DNA of 64,000 nt. Source: Massalongia carnosa. Taxonomy: Eukaryota. The notes beneath the pieces are model-generated. The model was given only the letters and a program-made list of their open reading frames with translations. It had not been told where the DNA came from and did not search any database. Location: positions 248,001 to 312,000 of the forward strand of contig OZ287077.1 in NCBI GenBank assembly GCA_965645245.1, in the 5' to 3' direction. The position numbers were made by a program, and so were the translations under genes. This document shows, piece after piece, positions 23,567 to 35,802 of the stretch (the stretch's first letter is position 1; the number at the start of each line of letters is the position of its first letter).

Positions 23567-24523
23567 ATGTCAGACCGACGAGAAGAGCAGGAGAAGGCTC
23601 CCCGCATCATTCTCCAAGGCTCCGAGAACTATACATTATGGCGATCCTACATTCTGGGAGAGCTCAAGCAGAAGAACTGCGCCTGGGCAGTCACCGGAAA
23701 GCCAGAGCCAACGAAGGAGTCCGTCAGATCGGACATCATAGCCATGGGCTTCAAACCCACCGAAATGACGGCCCAAGCACTCTGGACTGCCCTCTCCACC
23801 GAAATTAAAGAGCACCGAGCCTCCCTGAGCAAAGCGGAGGGCATCATCAAAAACTCCGTAGCCTCCAAACACCAAGCAGCTATCGAGGGCAAAGAAGCCA
23901 AGGAAATGTGGGAAACCCTACAAACGAAATTTCAGCACATCTCTCCAATGAGCATCTCGCGACTCATCCTGGAGACCACCAAATTACGACTATCGGACTG
24001 CACAGACATTCACGAATATTGCAGCAAATACCAAGAGGCCTACGACACTGTGTGCGGCCTCATTCCCACAGATTCCGAGATCCCCGCAAAAGGAGCCGAG
24101 GTACTCCTGCAGGCAGGACTGCTCACTGGGATGGGAAACGAATACTCGGGGATCGTCTCTATGATGGAGACAGAGTGGAAAATGGGGAACACAAACATCG
24201 CCGAGAGCACTAAAAAGCTTATCCGGTTTGCAGAAATCAGGAAAGAGAACGACCAAACTCCAGGACAATCCGGCACACCCAAACAATCGGCACTCTTCAC
24301 CTCCAAACCACCAAAGCCTAGTAATCGAGCACCCCCGGGGACCTGCACAAACTCAGATTGCATCAAGAAGGGAAATACACAGCACTACACAGACCGTTGT
24401 TTCCTGAGATACCCCGAACTTCGGCCAAAACACTCGCTGCATCAGATGAGAACAAAAGGCTCTAGGCAAAATCGCCAAAGCCAGACAGAGAGCCCTTCCG
24501 AGACCCCGTCCCGCGAAATTTGA
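23567..24523 (+). CDS. gag: Copia Gag
   Basis: LQGSENYTLW, AKEMWETL and a CxxxxCxxxxxxxHxxxxC knuckle variant. Confidence 0.9.
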   Translation: MSDRREEQEKAPRIILQGSENYTLWRSYILGELKQKNCAWAVTGKPEPTKESVRSDIIAMGFKPTEMTAQALWTALSTEIKEHRASLSKAEGIIKNSVASKHQAAIEGKEAKEMWETLQTKFQHISPMSISRLILETTKLRLSDCTDIHEYCSKYQEAYDTVCGLIPTDSEIPAKGAEVLLQAGLLTGMGNEYSGIVSMMETEWKMGNTNIAESTKKLIRFAEIRKENDQTPGQSGTPKQSALFTSKPPKPSNRAPPGTCTNSDCIKKGNTQHYTDRCFLRYPELRPKHSLHQMRTKGSRQNRQSQTESPSETPSREI

Positions 24524-27500
24524 CAACCAAAGGTGCTAGCGGTCAAAGGGCCGAGAGACGCTTCCTGGCTGGTTGACAGCGCGGCGGACGTGCACGTGTG
24601 CAATGATCGAAGCTTGATGACTGAGTACCACGAAAAGCCTACCCGGATCGGAGGCTCAACTGCAGATGGGGTTTCACCAGGCCGTGGAAAGGTGCGCCTT
24701 CGCCTCAGCCTGAAAGACGGTCGCGAAGGAGTGATCCTGAACCTGAACAACGTGTTTTTCCTTCCCCACAGTCCTTCTAATCTTGTCAGCCTCGGCCTTC
24801 TTAACATTCATGGAATTTTCTATGATAATGAGAACGAGACACTCTATGATAGAAGAACAAAGGAAACCCTGGCTTACGCAGAAAGGTGGAGGACCAGCTT
24901 CCTTCTTCACCCTCTCAACCTCTCTGTCTCTGCAACTCATCTAAAGCAGATCGACGCCAACACGTACGAGTGGCCACCACACGCCTACAGGACCACCACC
25001 TCATCAAAACTACCTCTCACCACCTGGCACAAACGACTCGGCCACCTCAACTTCCCCTCACTGAAGCAACATCTCCACAAACTGGAGATCGACTACGTGG
25101 ACGACTCAGAAAAGTACATGTGTGACAGCTGCCAACGTGCGAAAGCCACAAAAATCTACAACCGCCACGAGCCTCAGAAACGAGCAAGCGAGTCGTACCA
25201 GTTTATACACACAGACCTAGTAGGTCCCATCAACCCTGTTGGTTTTGGAGGGGAGAGATACTTCTTCACATTTACGGATGACTTCACGCGATATACCGAA
25301 GTGCACACTGGTGCCCGGAAAAGCGATTGGTTCAAATGTCTCAAGACCTTCTACAACCTCTGCAAAACCAGGTCACACAAGGAGAGACCAGTCGAACGCC
25401 TACGTTCAGATTATGGATCAGAACTGCAGAGCAAAAGGGTAGAGGAATGGTTTGCGAAGAAGGGCATCACTTTTGAACCCTCAGCACCGTACTCTCAGGA
25501 ACAAAACGGCGTGTCAGAACGAATGGGAAGAACCATCATGGATATGACAAGAGCGACAATCCTAGAGGGAAGCCTTGATGACGAGCTGTGGCCTGAAATT
25601 GTTCTTGCGATGACGTACGTCAAAAACGTTCGTCCCACGAAGGCTTTAGGTGGAGACAACCCCTACCATGCACAGCAGAAAATCCACCCAGATATCTAAC
25701 ACCTCCGAGTGTTAGGCTCGACAGTGTACGTTCTCCTACACGAAGAGGAACGAGCCTTAAAGTCTGAGAAGTGGAACCCACGAGCCTTACGCGGTATTCT
25801 TGTTGGATACGATGGTCATACAATCTACAGAGTCCACATCCAAGAACAGAACAAAGTCATTCGCATCAAAGATCTCAGAATCTTTGAAGACTACGAGGCC
25901 AAGACGTCCACCGAGCTTCCTGAATACAAAAACACTCCCACCTTCTCAGGTTTCTTACTCTCCGATGACGATGACGAGGCGACGAGCGACACACAGATGT
26001 TGGATGTAGGCCGAAAGTTCAACAATGCAACAGGTGCCAGCGAGTCAACTCCCAGTAAAGTAACCCCTAGGAAGGGCCGAAAGGTCACTACTAGAGATGA
26101 AACTACGGAGACAAGGAAGTCTCGGTCTGGCCGAACGATAAGGCCTACACAAAAGGCTCAAGATCAAGATCTGATAGTACATCTCAGCAAGCTGCTAGAC
26201 CTTGACTTGGAACACAGCTCGGAGGAAAAAGCAAACGCGTTCCTGACAAACATCGAATGCGAGGAGGACGGCCATGACGCAGACGACGACCCATACACAA
26301 TCTTGACTTCGAGGCTCATTCAGGCCAACGCCCAAAGTAAAGGAGACTATGTCCTTGCCACCCAATTAGATGTCGAAGAACCTGAGTCATACAACAGGGC
26401 AATGCAATGCCCCCACGCCTCGCAGTGGGCACAGGCAATGAAAGAAGAAATAGACTCTCTACACGAAAACAAGACCTGGGTTCTCATACCAAAGAACGAG
26501 ATGGAGTCAGGTCATCGACCTCTGGGGGGGAAGTGGGTGTACAAGGTCAAGCGTGATGTCGAAGGCAAGGTATCTAGATTCAAAGCCAGATGGGTTATCA
26601 AAGGGTACCTACAACAGTTTGGTGTTGATTTCGATCAAACCTACGCATCCGTGGTGAAGCCAATGGCCTTCAGAACCCTGTTCGCCCTTGCCGCCTTCTT
26701 CGACCTGGACATCGACCAGATGGACGTAAAAACGGCTTTTCTCTATGGCCTCATTGATCAACTGATATATATGGAGATTCCAAAGGGAACTGAGACAGAA
26801 GCCACAAAGAATATGGTTTGCAAACTGTTGAAAGCTATCTACGGCCTCAAACAATCTCCCCGCCTCTGGTACGAACGCTTTTCAGCCTTCCTCCTCGAGA
26901 AACTCGGCTTGAAACGCATCCACGCAGACCACAGTATATTCGTATCGGGTGCAGGGCTGAAAGGTCCCGTACTCAGCGTCTTCGTAGATGACATCAAGAT
27001 TGTAGCGCCAAAGGACAGTGGGATAATCAAGCGAGTCAAAGCAGAACTCACAGCTGCATTCTCTATGTCAGATATGGGTCCCATCAGCTTTTACCTAGGA
27101 CTGAGAATAGATCGGGATCGAAAGCAACGAACCATCAAACTGTCTCAACCGGCCTACATCGAAAAGTGTTGGAGAGATTCCATCTCGACAAAGCCAACCC
27201 CGTCAACACCCCGATGAAAGAATCTGTGCCACTCTCCCAACGCGAGGAAGGAGAAGCCTCACCACCAGAGAAGGAGAGATACCAAGGAATGACGGGGTCC
27301 ATAATGTTCTCCATGGTAGAGACCAGACCAGATATTGCCTTCGCCACGTCCCTCGTAAGTCGCTTTGCCAAGAACCCGAGCCATCAGCACACCGAAGCAG
27401 TCAAAACCATCCTCAAATACCTCAAGGGCTCGAAACATCGAGGCATAACCTATGGGGGGGATGAAGAACTGAAAATCGAAGGCTATTCGGACTCGGATTG

Positions 27501-28032
27501 GGCAGGTGACAAGGACAGCCGGAAGTCAACATCCGGTTTCATCTTTATGCTGAACGGGGGACCGATAAGCTGGTGCTCTAAAAGGCAATTAACAGTTGCT
27601 CTCTCTTCCACAGAAGCGGAATACATCGCACTCACGCTGGCCGCCAAAGAAGCCACCTGGCTTCGTCTACTCCTCACAGAGCTTGGGGTGTTGGAAGCGG
27701 ACCAACAGCATGCTGAGATCAAGGTCTCCAACAAGAACTCGTGCGTACAAGCGATCGACAGAGACCTCAACAGCCTCAAGCCCAGCGACGGAGACCCCAC
27801 TGTTTCACTCAAAGGTGACAACCAAGGATCTCTTGCTCTGGCACACAACCCAGTATTCCATGCCAGGACCAAACACATCGATATCCAGCACCATTACATC
27901 CGAGACGAGGTGGAGGCAAAGAGAATCGAGTTGACCTACGTGCCAACTGGGGAGATGATCGCCGACGGCCTGACGAAGGCCCTAACGCACGCAAAGTTCC
28001 ACACCTTTGTCGAACAGATGCAGATGACCTAG
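24524..28032 (+). CDS. pol: Copia Pol (PR-IN-RT-RNaseH), in frame with gag; TAA at 25697 and frameshift near 27165
   Basis: WLVDSAA, WHKRLGH...CDSC, HTDLVGP, QNGVSER, QMDVKTAFL, FVDDI, YSDSDWAG and ADGLTKAL. Confidence 0.95.
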
Positions 28033-28655
28033 AGCCAAATCAGCACAGCCACACTACCTGGAGCCACAACCTACCAATGAACCGATGCAACCAACAGCTG
28101 CTGATTCTTCCAGAAAAAACGAGATAAAAATCGATTCGTTAACGTGGGCGATTCTTACGTAACTAGCGCATAGCTTGTGGGGGGGTGTTGGATACCAACC
28201 TATGGCGCTAGACATTATTATGGTCACGTGTAACAGTAGACCTATTCCGGTATGCGGCACGCATCCTGGACTAGGAGGATTTCAGACCTTAGAAGTAGAG
28301 TCATAGAATCATTAATATAACAACAATGAATAACCTCATACTTCTACACATTAAAGCGAGTATAGGAAAGGCGATGATGAATTCATTCAATCAGCAAAAC
28401 GCGTTCTTGAATGAACATAGCGAAAAGAAGGAAAGCTTGCGTGAGAAAATCAAGGGAATCTTGATCGTGTGGGCACTGTGGGTTGGCATAATGTTGAAAT
28501 TACTACGGAGGTGACTGCTTATCCCTCTCGCTGTCATTCTAGCACCCCCCCCCCAAGCTAAACCATTGTTGGTTAGAAAGCGCTAAACCTTAAACTTTTG
28601 ACCAATCAATGTTATTCCTATTCACAAGAAGTTGTACGGAGTATCAGATACCTAT

Positions 28656-30970
28656 TTACTCGTCCCCTATCATATGAATAGCTTCCCAACAGCTGGCTTT
28701 CTTACAGCAGGGCCTGATTGGATTACATCCTCCACAAGCCCATATAGTCTGAGCACCCCTTCGCCTTCTTTTACGCCCATCGACACTTATTTCAGCCAGT
28801 GGCTCTCCCTTCCGCTTTGAAGGTCGTTTTTTCTCGGCGTTACATTGCACACATCTTTTTCTGCCTTCAAGACGAACGTAATGATGAATGGGAGATGGTA
28901 CTAAAGCATCAATCGTGGTATTGATGCTTATCTTTGATGAGCCGGGCCTGATGCCCGCTTGATTTGATATCAGTTCAAGAGCAATCCGACGAAGAAATTC
29001 AGAACGAGTAAATTTTATCTCCTCGGAATCGAAAGAGTTCAGCGAGTAAAGTTTATAGGCATTCAATCCGGCTGCATCTAAAATAAAAATGAACAAAGGC
29101 CACCAGTAACGATCCGTTCGACGATTGTATGAGTAAATCGCTCGTTGCTGAGCGTTTCCATCCGATCCCCCCATATGAAGATTATATTCTTTGATTGGGG
29201 CTGGTATCGGTAATCCTAAGGGCCGTTGAACCTCTTGATTGAGCAAGGGAATGGAGTGAGCCAGAGTTGATGGGAAATACGATACAATAGGTTGAAGAGA
29301 GGTCTCGGGAATTCCATATCTCTTGTGCGGATTTATATAGTGCATTTCGTACAAGTCCTGAGGAGAATGACCGGTGGTCATGTACTGCACACCATTATTA
29401 TCCACCCAGCCCATACAAAGCACCTTATCGTCGACCACCATATGGGCCTGAAGACCCCAGTCTTTTCCTTTTGAAGTGACGTCCCGTATGGCCTGTCACG
29501 GTGCGAGGTCAGGTAGAAATTCAGATGGTGCAAACGTATTACTTGATTGTCTAGCTAGGTGGACAAGACGTTCGACAAGGAGAAAAGAAACAGAAAATCC
29601 AACGTGGGCGAGTATAAGACTCTGGCGAACGGAACCAGTCCCAATCCAGCCGTTGATCCAATTTCCCAAGTCCCTGGCATGAAACTATCGCTATGACACT
29701 ATTGACAGTCCGAACACTTACCTTCAGCCGGAACACTTACCTTTGCCCTGACTAAACCGGATTAAGCTTAGTTCCTTTCGGATCGGCTAGCCGGCTAGTG
29801 CTTCGTTCAAGCAGCTAAGGTTGGTTCAATGAACTAACTGGCAGGTGCCCAGTCACTCCATGACATGGCCAACAATTCTTCTGGAAAGCCCGAGCCCTTT
29901 TTAGCAGTTCCACTGGCAGCTATTCCGATTGATCGAAGTGCCTTGAATAATTTCGTACTAGTAAAGAAATTATCACAGAAAAGATGATAATTCAGTGAGG
30001 ATGGAAGTTCTTTACATAACTGAATCACTAGCAAAGCACTAGGAGTTAGTTTATCTTTTGGCAAAAATCCCAATTGTCTGACTGTTTTCAATTCACTTAT
30101 TCTGCTACTCTTCGAGGCAAACATAAATGACAACAGATAATTATCCTGACAGAGACTGTAGATTTTAAATCCTTTATGGGCACTTTTTGTAGTAATCTGC
30201 AAGGTATGTCGAGAACGGCCCTTGAATAACACCAGCTGTTCATCTATAGATATCATACTTCCTGGTCTGCAATGTTTCAATGAAGTCTTTCGGAAATCAG
30301 TAGCCAACGGTTCCAGTTTCTTCCACCAATCAGGTCCTTGACCAAGTCCGATAGGCTCAGTCTGTCCATTATTGATTTTCAAAAATCGTTTGATTTGTTG
30401 AAATCGACCAAGCGACATCGCGGACAGAATAGGCATGATAACTGGTTTGTCAGGACGTTGATTCCAATAATCCTCTGTAGCAGGTAGATGATCGAGTCCC
30501 ATAAGAATTAATATGCCCAAAAAAATCTCAATTTCCGAGTCAGTAGTGTCAGTCCAAACCCGATGATTGTTCTCCTTCTCCTTTTCCATGTAGTTATTTG
30601 CCTTGATATTGGTATGATTTGCGATGATACGACAATGCTGCCTTGTTATAAATAACCGAAATAATCCCAAAGGATTTCGAGAATCGTTTTCAACGAGCGG
30701 AACAAAAGGCCTGTTTTCAACCCGAATGGGGGTATATTTTGAGGAAATAGGGGGAAAGTCGATTAAAATATCCCGAACACTTCTTTTGCGATTTATTTTA
30801 TGTTGCTTCGCTGAAATGGGAGATTTGTCTGATACACTCGGGATTTCTTCTTCATTGAGCGTCATACTTATAAAATCAATTCCGAAGCTAGAAGAATAGT
30901 AATTTATGTGATTTATTTTGATTGAATGACCGAATAGTATTCTTTGAAAAGTAAACAAACGCGCAAACAC
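28656..30970 (-). pseudogene. piggyBac transposase split by a solo LTR
   Basis: SIDEQL, FCDNFFTS, YNLHMGGSD and a Cys-rich C-terminus. Removing 29494-29870 restores GFPEELLAIRDVTSKGKDWG in frame. Confidence 0.92.
29494..29865 (-). mobile_element. Solo LTR, family B (372 bp)
   Basis: TGTCA...TGACA termini, TGGCC TSD; homologous to 41692-41961. Confidence 0.95.
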
Positions 30971-31439
30971 TCTAGAGAAAACTAATGTTCTGATGACTCA
31001 TCGGTGCGGAAGCTAGTCCAATATAGATTAGCTTGGGAGGGGGGTGCTAGAATGACAGTGAGAGGGATAGACCTGAATTTCTAAGCATCGAAGATACCAG
31101 AAATTCTCAGATGTAACTATTCCCATATCAGTAAAATACGCGAGGGCATTCGCATATTACGTCAGATATGATCTAGCTGGCTTGGCATTCGCAACAGATC
31201 CTTCCTTGCCAAGGCAGAAGATGCATTGAATAGATTTACAATCGATTGAGATGAAGTCTGAAAGACTCGGCGGATCAAGGACGGATAGCGGTGTTACATC
31301 TCGTTCGAGCCTGTTATTCGAGGCGGAATGCTTTGAATGGTGTGCACACCTGGCTTCCTATTAGCGTCCCAGCTGACTAACGTGGCTGCGATAACATCTT
31401 CGCAGCCAAGAAGTTGAATATGAGCTTACCCCGCATCGG

Positions 31440-31980
31440 ATGAATGGTGTGGTCCCTCCAGCAATTCTAGAATGCATCAATCCACTGCCCACGGACGAAA
31501 CTGCCGAGTGGGCAGAAACAAACCCGGATGCCGCCCGCCTCCTCGCAGACGAGGAGCTCACTGCGGAGACTGCCCTTGCTTTCCAGAATCTATTTCGGGA
31601 AAGATTCCTTACAAGATCCATTGACTCCTTCACGGTGAGTTTCGATATAGAACTTAGTCTGAAGCGAAAGCCCGACGAGCCCATTACCTCCTATTATAAA
31701 CACAGCCCTCATGCTTCGTGTTGGGGCCAGGGATCGTCCGACAGCAGGCTTAGCTGTGCTTTTTCTTTTGGAATCCGCCACCTTGGATGTAATCATGACA
31801 GCATTCGTGAAAGGCTTATTTGACGACGAGGTCCGGAAAGACACAACTTATGATCACAGGCCAGTCTCTCCGAGGGCTCCGTAAATTAGCCGAAGATGCT
31901 GATCGAGTCAAAAGGAACTTCACAAGCTACTTGATGAGGAACACAAGATCAGGGAGCTAGATTTCCACAGAGATGTAGTG
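31440..31980 (+). pseudogene. Degenerate gypsy gag-like fragment
   Basis: RKPDEPITSYYK...VGARDR...TAFVKGLFD; frameshifted. Confidence 0.55.
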
Positions 31981-33164
31981 AGAACAATAGCCCAACCAGC
32001 AACCCGCACGGCATCCACAATGTGCAGTAGTAGCAACGATAAATATATCTTCTTTCCAAACTCACAGCTTTACTTTCCTCCCTCAGGCTAGATCATATTT
32101 ACCCGTACACAGAAAGGTAGAAGACAAACAAAATGGTAAACAGAAATGCATAAAGCGATTGACAGAGGAGTCGTGAACGGGATGACGATGGACATGAGGA
32201 TGGGGCTAGGATGACCTTGATAAAGGCACCTTTGTTGTCAGCAACTTTTGATCCTCTTGTCTTGGCTTATCATGCCCGCACTCGCCCACCTCCTTATGAC
32301 CACAGTCTTCTCGCTGCCCCCGCCTGGTTGCGCGCAAGACTATCGAAGATTACGGCCATTTCATGTAGGTGGCCTGCTCTGGCCAAACTCCAATACTTTT
32401 CCGTTTGATCATGCCAACTTAACGTCTTATAAAAGGTCTACTTCTATGTCCTTGCAATGCAGATTTAAGCGACGGCGCCAAGTCTCAACAACTTAGCATA
32501 TTTGTCCGGATAGTTAAATGTTCAGAAATTATTGCCCAAAGCTTTGATCTTTCTCTAAACTATCGCTTTTAGCTAGCTTTCTTTAGCTTCCCCCTTGTTA
32601 TGGTAATTCTCCGGCTAAGTGACCATAGTGGATGAGGGAGGTGAAACCGTGCTCATCACCGAAGTCGAGGCCACAGGGCAGCTCGCTATTATGGCTTGTG
32701 CTTAAGGAACGATTTCTCGATATGGGATTGAGCGTGCTGTTATGCAGGCTGCCACAGAGACAACGAGTTGAGATGTGGGATAAATCAACGTCAAGGCTTT
32801 CCACTATTCTTGCTATGTATACATAGAATCCTTGGGCGTCTTTAAATATTATTTTGTACATCTAATTGATCGAGCTCGCTATCCTCCAGTTAATGAGCTC
32901 TATTAATTCCGTCCGATGCAGAACCCAAACCCCAATACCTTTAGACGAGACAGTGCCATCTCAGGCCTGAGATGTTTCGAATGAAAAAATCTAATTTACT
33001 ACTACTTTTCATTTACTTACTATTTGGCTTGCTATTTTTTCATGCGAATCTCAAAATATCTCTGATTTCTGCTCCGGACCTGCTCCGCTTTCGCTCCGCA
33101 ACGGCCCTGCGCCATCTCCTCCTTGGCACCCGCCAAAGAATCTGTCAAAGCCCCCACATCTAGC

Positions 33165-33650
33165 CCCTAAATAGCCTTTCAAATAGTCTCCGCTGCTTTT
33201 CAAATAGTCTCCCAGATAGCCTCTCAAAAGCCTCCCAAAGAGCCTTTCAAATAGCCTCCCAAATAGCCTTTCAATTATCTCCCAAGTATCTCTCAAATAT
33301 CTCCCAAATAGCCTCCCAAGTAGTCTCCGCTGCTTTTCAGATAGCATCTCAAATAGCCTCAATAGCCTCGCATAGAGCCTCCCATAAAGCCTCGCATAAA
33401 GCCTCCCAAATAGCCTCCCAGATAATCTTCACCGCTTTCAAATAGTCTCCCAAATAGCCTCCCAAATAGCCTTCCAGACATTCTGCGCTGCTTTTCAAAT
33501 AACTCTTCAAATAGCCTCCCAGATAACTATCAAATAATCTCCCAAATAGCCTCCCAAATAACTTTCCAAATAGCCTCCCAAATAACTTTCCAATTAGCCT
33601 CCCAAATAGTTTCCCAAATAGCTATCAGATAGCCTCTTGAATAGCCTCAA
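33165..33650. repeat. Degenerate 12-bp minisatellite (CCCAAATAGCCT)
   Basis: Dozens of variant units. Confidence 0.9.
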
Positions 33651-33806
33651 TATCCATCTCCCCCGTTATCAATTTTCTTTTTCCGCCGCCTTTCGCATAG
33701 CTTCTTTAGCTTTTTGGTCTCGTGCATCTTGAATTCGTCCATTTTCTCGAAGCTGTCGATAATGAGACACTCTAGAAGCGTAAATATAATCGACTCCGTT
33801 TTCTCC

Positions 33807-34247
33807 TGTCAAGGACTGGGTTGGGAATTGAACTAATGTTCCTAGGAATTGGATTGGATGATCAAGATGTCTTTATTAATGAGGCTATAGCTAGGAGGTG
33901 GTTTGCTATACAAGACGTCGGACGAGGAGTCAGCTATCTACTGGATATGTCCTCTTTTTATACCTGAGCCAGCCCCTTCTTTCTCATGTTTTACCTTCAC
34001 CCTAGATGAGAGATTTGGGTGATGGTGGCGGTGATAAGGTGGAGCGATAAGTGGGCCAGTGGATGTGATCGTTCTAGCGATAAGAGAGTGTAGGGGAGTG
34101 AGGAGATTGGTGGAGTGGAGTAAGGGGTTTATTCAGACTCATACCGAGGATGAATCTGAATAGGCTTTCAGGTGGCTTTTACCTCGATCGCCGCTTGGCG
34201 GTTCGGGGTAATCAATTGGGTTTTAACTCAAACTTTATTTCATGACA
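33807..34247 (-). mobile_element. Solo LTR related to the LTR of gypsy 41962-48537
   Basis: TG...CA termini, TCTCC TSD; shares the R/U5 half (GTCCGACGTCTTGTATAGC...CCCAGTCCTTGACA). Confidence 0.92.
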
Positions 34248-34741
34248 TCTCCCTTCCAACCGGATTTTCTATTATATGTCGTTTGACGTGATTATCAGCT
34301 CGTCCGTCTCGAGTCTTATCTATATCATCGTCAATTTTTTTCGTCAATATCTTCCGTTAACATTCCTGTATCGAGTTCAAGTTGATATTCAGCAAGCGTT
34401 TCTCGTGCGAGCGATAAATATTTAATTTTTGCACTCGATAACGCGTCAACCCGAAATTCGGAAACGATAGAAGAAAAAATGGGAGCGTCTGAAGAAACAA
34501 AACGGGATCGCGAATGAATAACAGGAGTATGTTTTTGCACCTATTGAAATAATTAATCAAAACGTCAAAATTCAAATGAGAATTCTAATCCGAAAAACGC
34601 AGTACGGCGAATTGTTTTTATTGTTTATATGTTTGCGGCATCGTTCGATTTGATTTACGGAACGTGCGGAGGCCTGAGTAAGAGCAAAACGTGTTGAGAC
34701 ATGAAGAGCTAAAATAGAAAGAATTATTAGCTGGCTGAGAT

Positions 34742-34959
34742 GAAGGGAGCTGCTGTCACGATTCTACACGGCACGACCTCGGCACTCGGCACCGCCTAGG
34801 GCAATCGTAGATGGAACACGACGACTATACCACATGGGTACTAGCGCAGTAGAGGATATATAGGAGTAGGTTCTGGTTGTCGATTGTGTTTTTCCTTCTT
34901 TATCTTTATTGTATTCGTTTCTAGTGTCCCTATGACTTGTCTCTAGGTAGATCATAACA
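34742..34959 (+). mobile_element. PPT plus 3' LTR (34754-34959) of a truncated gypsy element
   Basis: GAAGGGAGCTGC followed by TGTCACGAT...ATCATAACA; no TSD. Confidence 0.7.
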
Positions 34960-34994
34960 TAATAAATAAAGCTTGTATGCATTCAGCGCAGCAG

Positions 34995-35285
34995 TACGCC
35001 GCGCAACGGGTCGGGTTTCTCTACTGAAAACCTGTCAGGCGATTGGAGGTCACAGACCCACGAACCCCTATGAGATATCCCTCAGTTAGCTAGCCTAGAC
35101 CTCCCATATATCAATACACACCACACCTTTTCACCCATATTCCACATTAGCCCATACAGCTTGATAAAACCCAACCCGTTTATGGCGAACCCTATGCTTT
35201 TTGGTGTCCGGGTTGAGTTTTGAAAGAAAAACCCGTTGGCGAAAAAGCAATTTTGTGGCGAAAACCCAACCCGTTGCGCGGCGTA
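34995..35285. mobile_element. hAT-type MITE containing a solo LTR
   Basis: TIR TACGCCGCGCAACGGG; 8-bp TSD CGCAGCAG. Confidence 0.92.
35033..35166 (+). mobile_element. Small solo LTR (134 bp) inside the MITE
   Basis: TGTCAGGC...GCTTGATA, AAACC TSD; absent from the MITE copy at 57631. Confidence 0.8.
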
Positions 35286-35802
35286 CGCAGCAGCATCTAA
35301 TAAAAAGATGAACAACGGCCACCAATACCGATCACTTCGACATTCGTATGAATAAACCGCTCTTTGTTGAGCACTGCCGTCTGAACCGCCCATGTGAAGA
35401 TTGTAATCTCTGATTGGGGCGGGAATCGGTAGGCCCAACGGCCATGAAAATGATTGATCAAGCATCAAAGTGGTGTGAGCATAGATCGATAGGTAATAAG
35501 GTATAATTTGTTGAGCGGAGTCTTCTGGAATACCATGTCTTTTCAGCGGATGTAAATAGTACGAACTTTCAAGCTCTCGAGGATGATGACGAGTAGTCAT
35601 GATTTGAACGGTGTTGTTATCCACCCAGCCCATACAAAGCACCTCATCATCGACAATTGTCTTGGCCTGAAGTCCAAATGTTTGGCTTTGACCGCAACAT
35701 TCCGCATGGCCAGCAACTCCGCGGGAAATCTAGAGCCTTTTTTGGCTGCCCGCATGCAGCAATTCCTAGTGATCGAAGAGCTTTGAATAGCTTTGTGCTG
35801 GA

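Larger units (their letters stand above)
22560..28348 (+). mobile_element. Full-length Ty1/copia LTR retrotransposon
   Basis: Identical 163-bp LTRs at 22560-22722 and 28186-28348, CATTA TSD, PBS GGTTATGAGCCC, G-rich PPT; domain order gag-PR-IN-RT-RH. Confidence 0.98.
28523..31066 (-). mobile_element. piggyBac-like DNA transposon with CCC...GGG termini
   Basis: TIR CCCTCTCGCTGTCATTCTAGCACCCCCC and its inverse ending at 31066; encloses the transposase. Flanks are TTAT and ATAG. Confidence 0.9.
34960..35802 (-). pseudogene. Second piggyBac-like transposase fragment
   Basis: KLFKALRSLGIAA, LCMGWVDNN, YNLHMGGSD and YWWPLFIFLLDAA|LNAYKL; homologous to 28656-30970; interrupted by a MITE. Confidence 0.88.

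Noticed and set aside
22956..23808. Arg-rich ORFs of 194 and 157 aa
   Set aside because: Translations of the 115-bp repeat.
33051..33362. ORF with RLFG repeats
   Set aside because: Translation of the 12-bp minisatellite.
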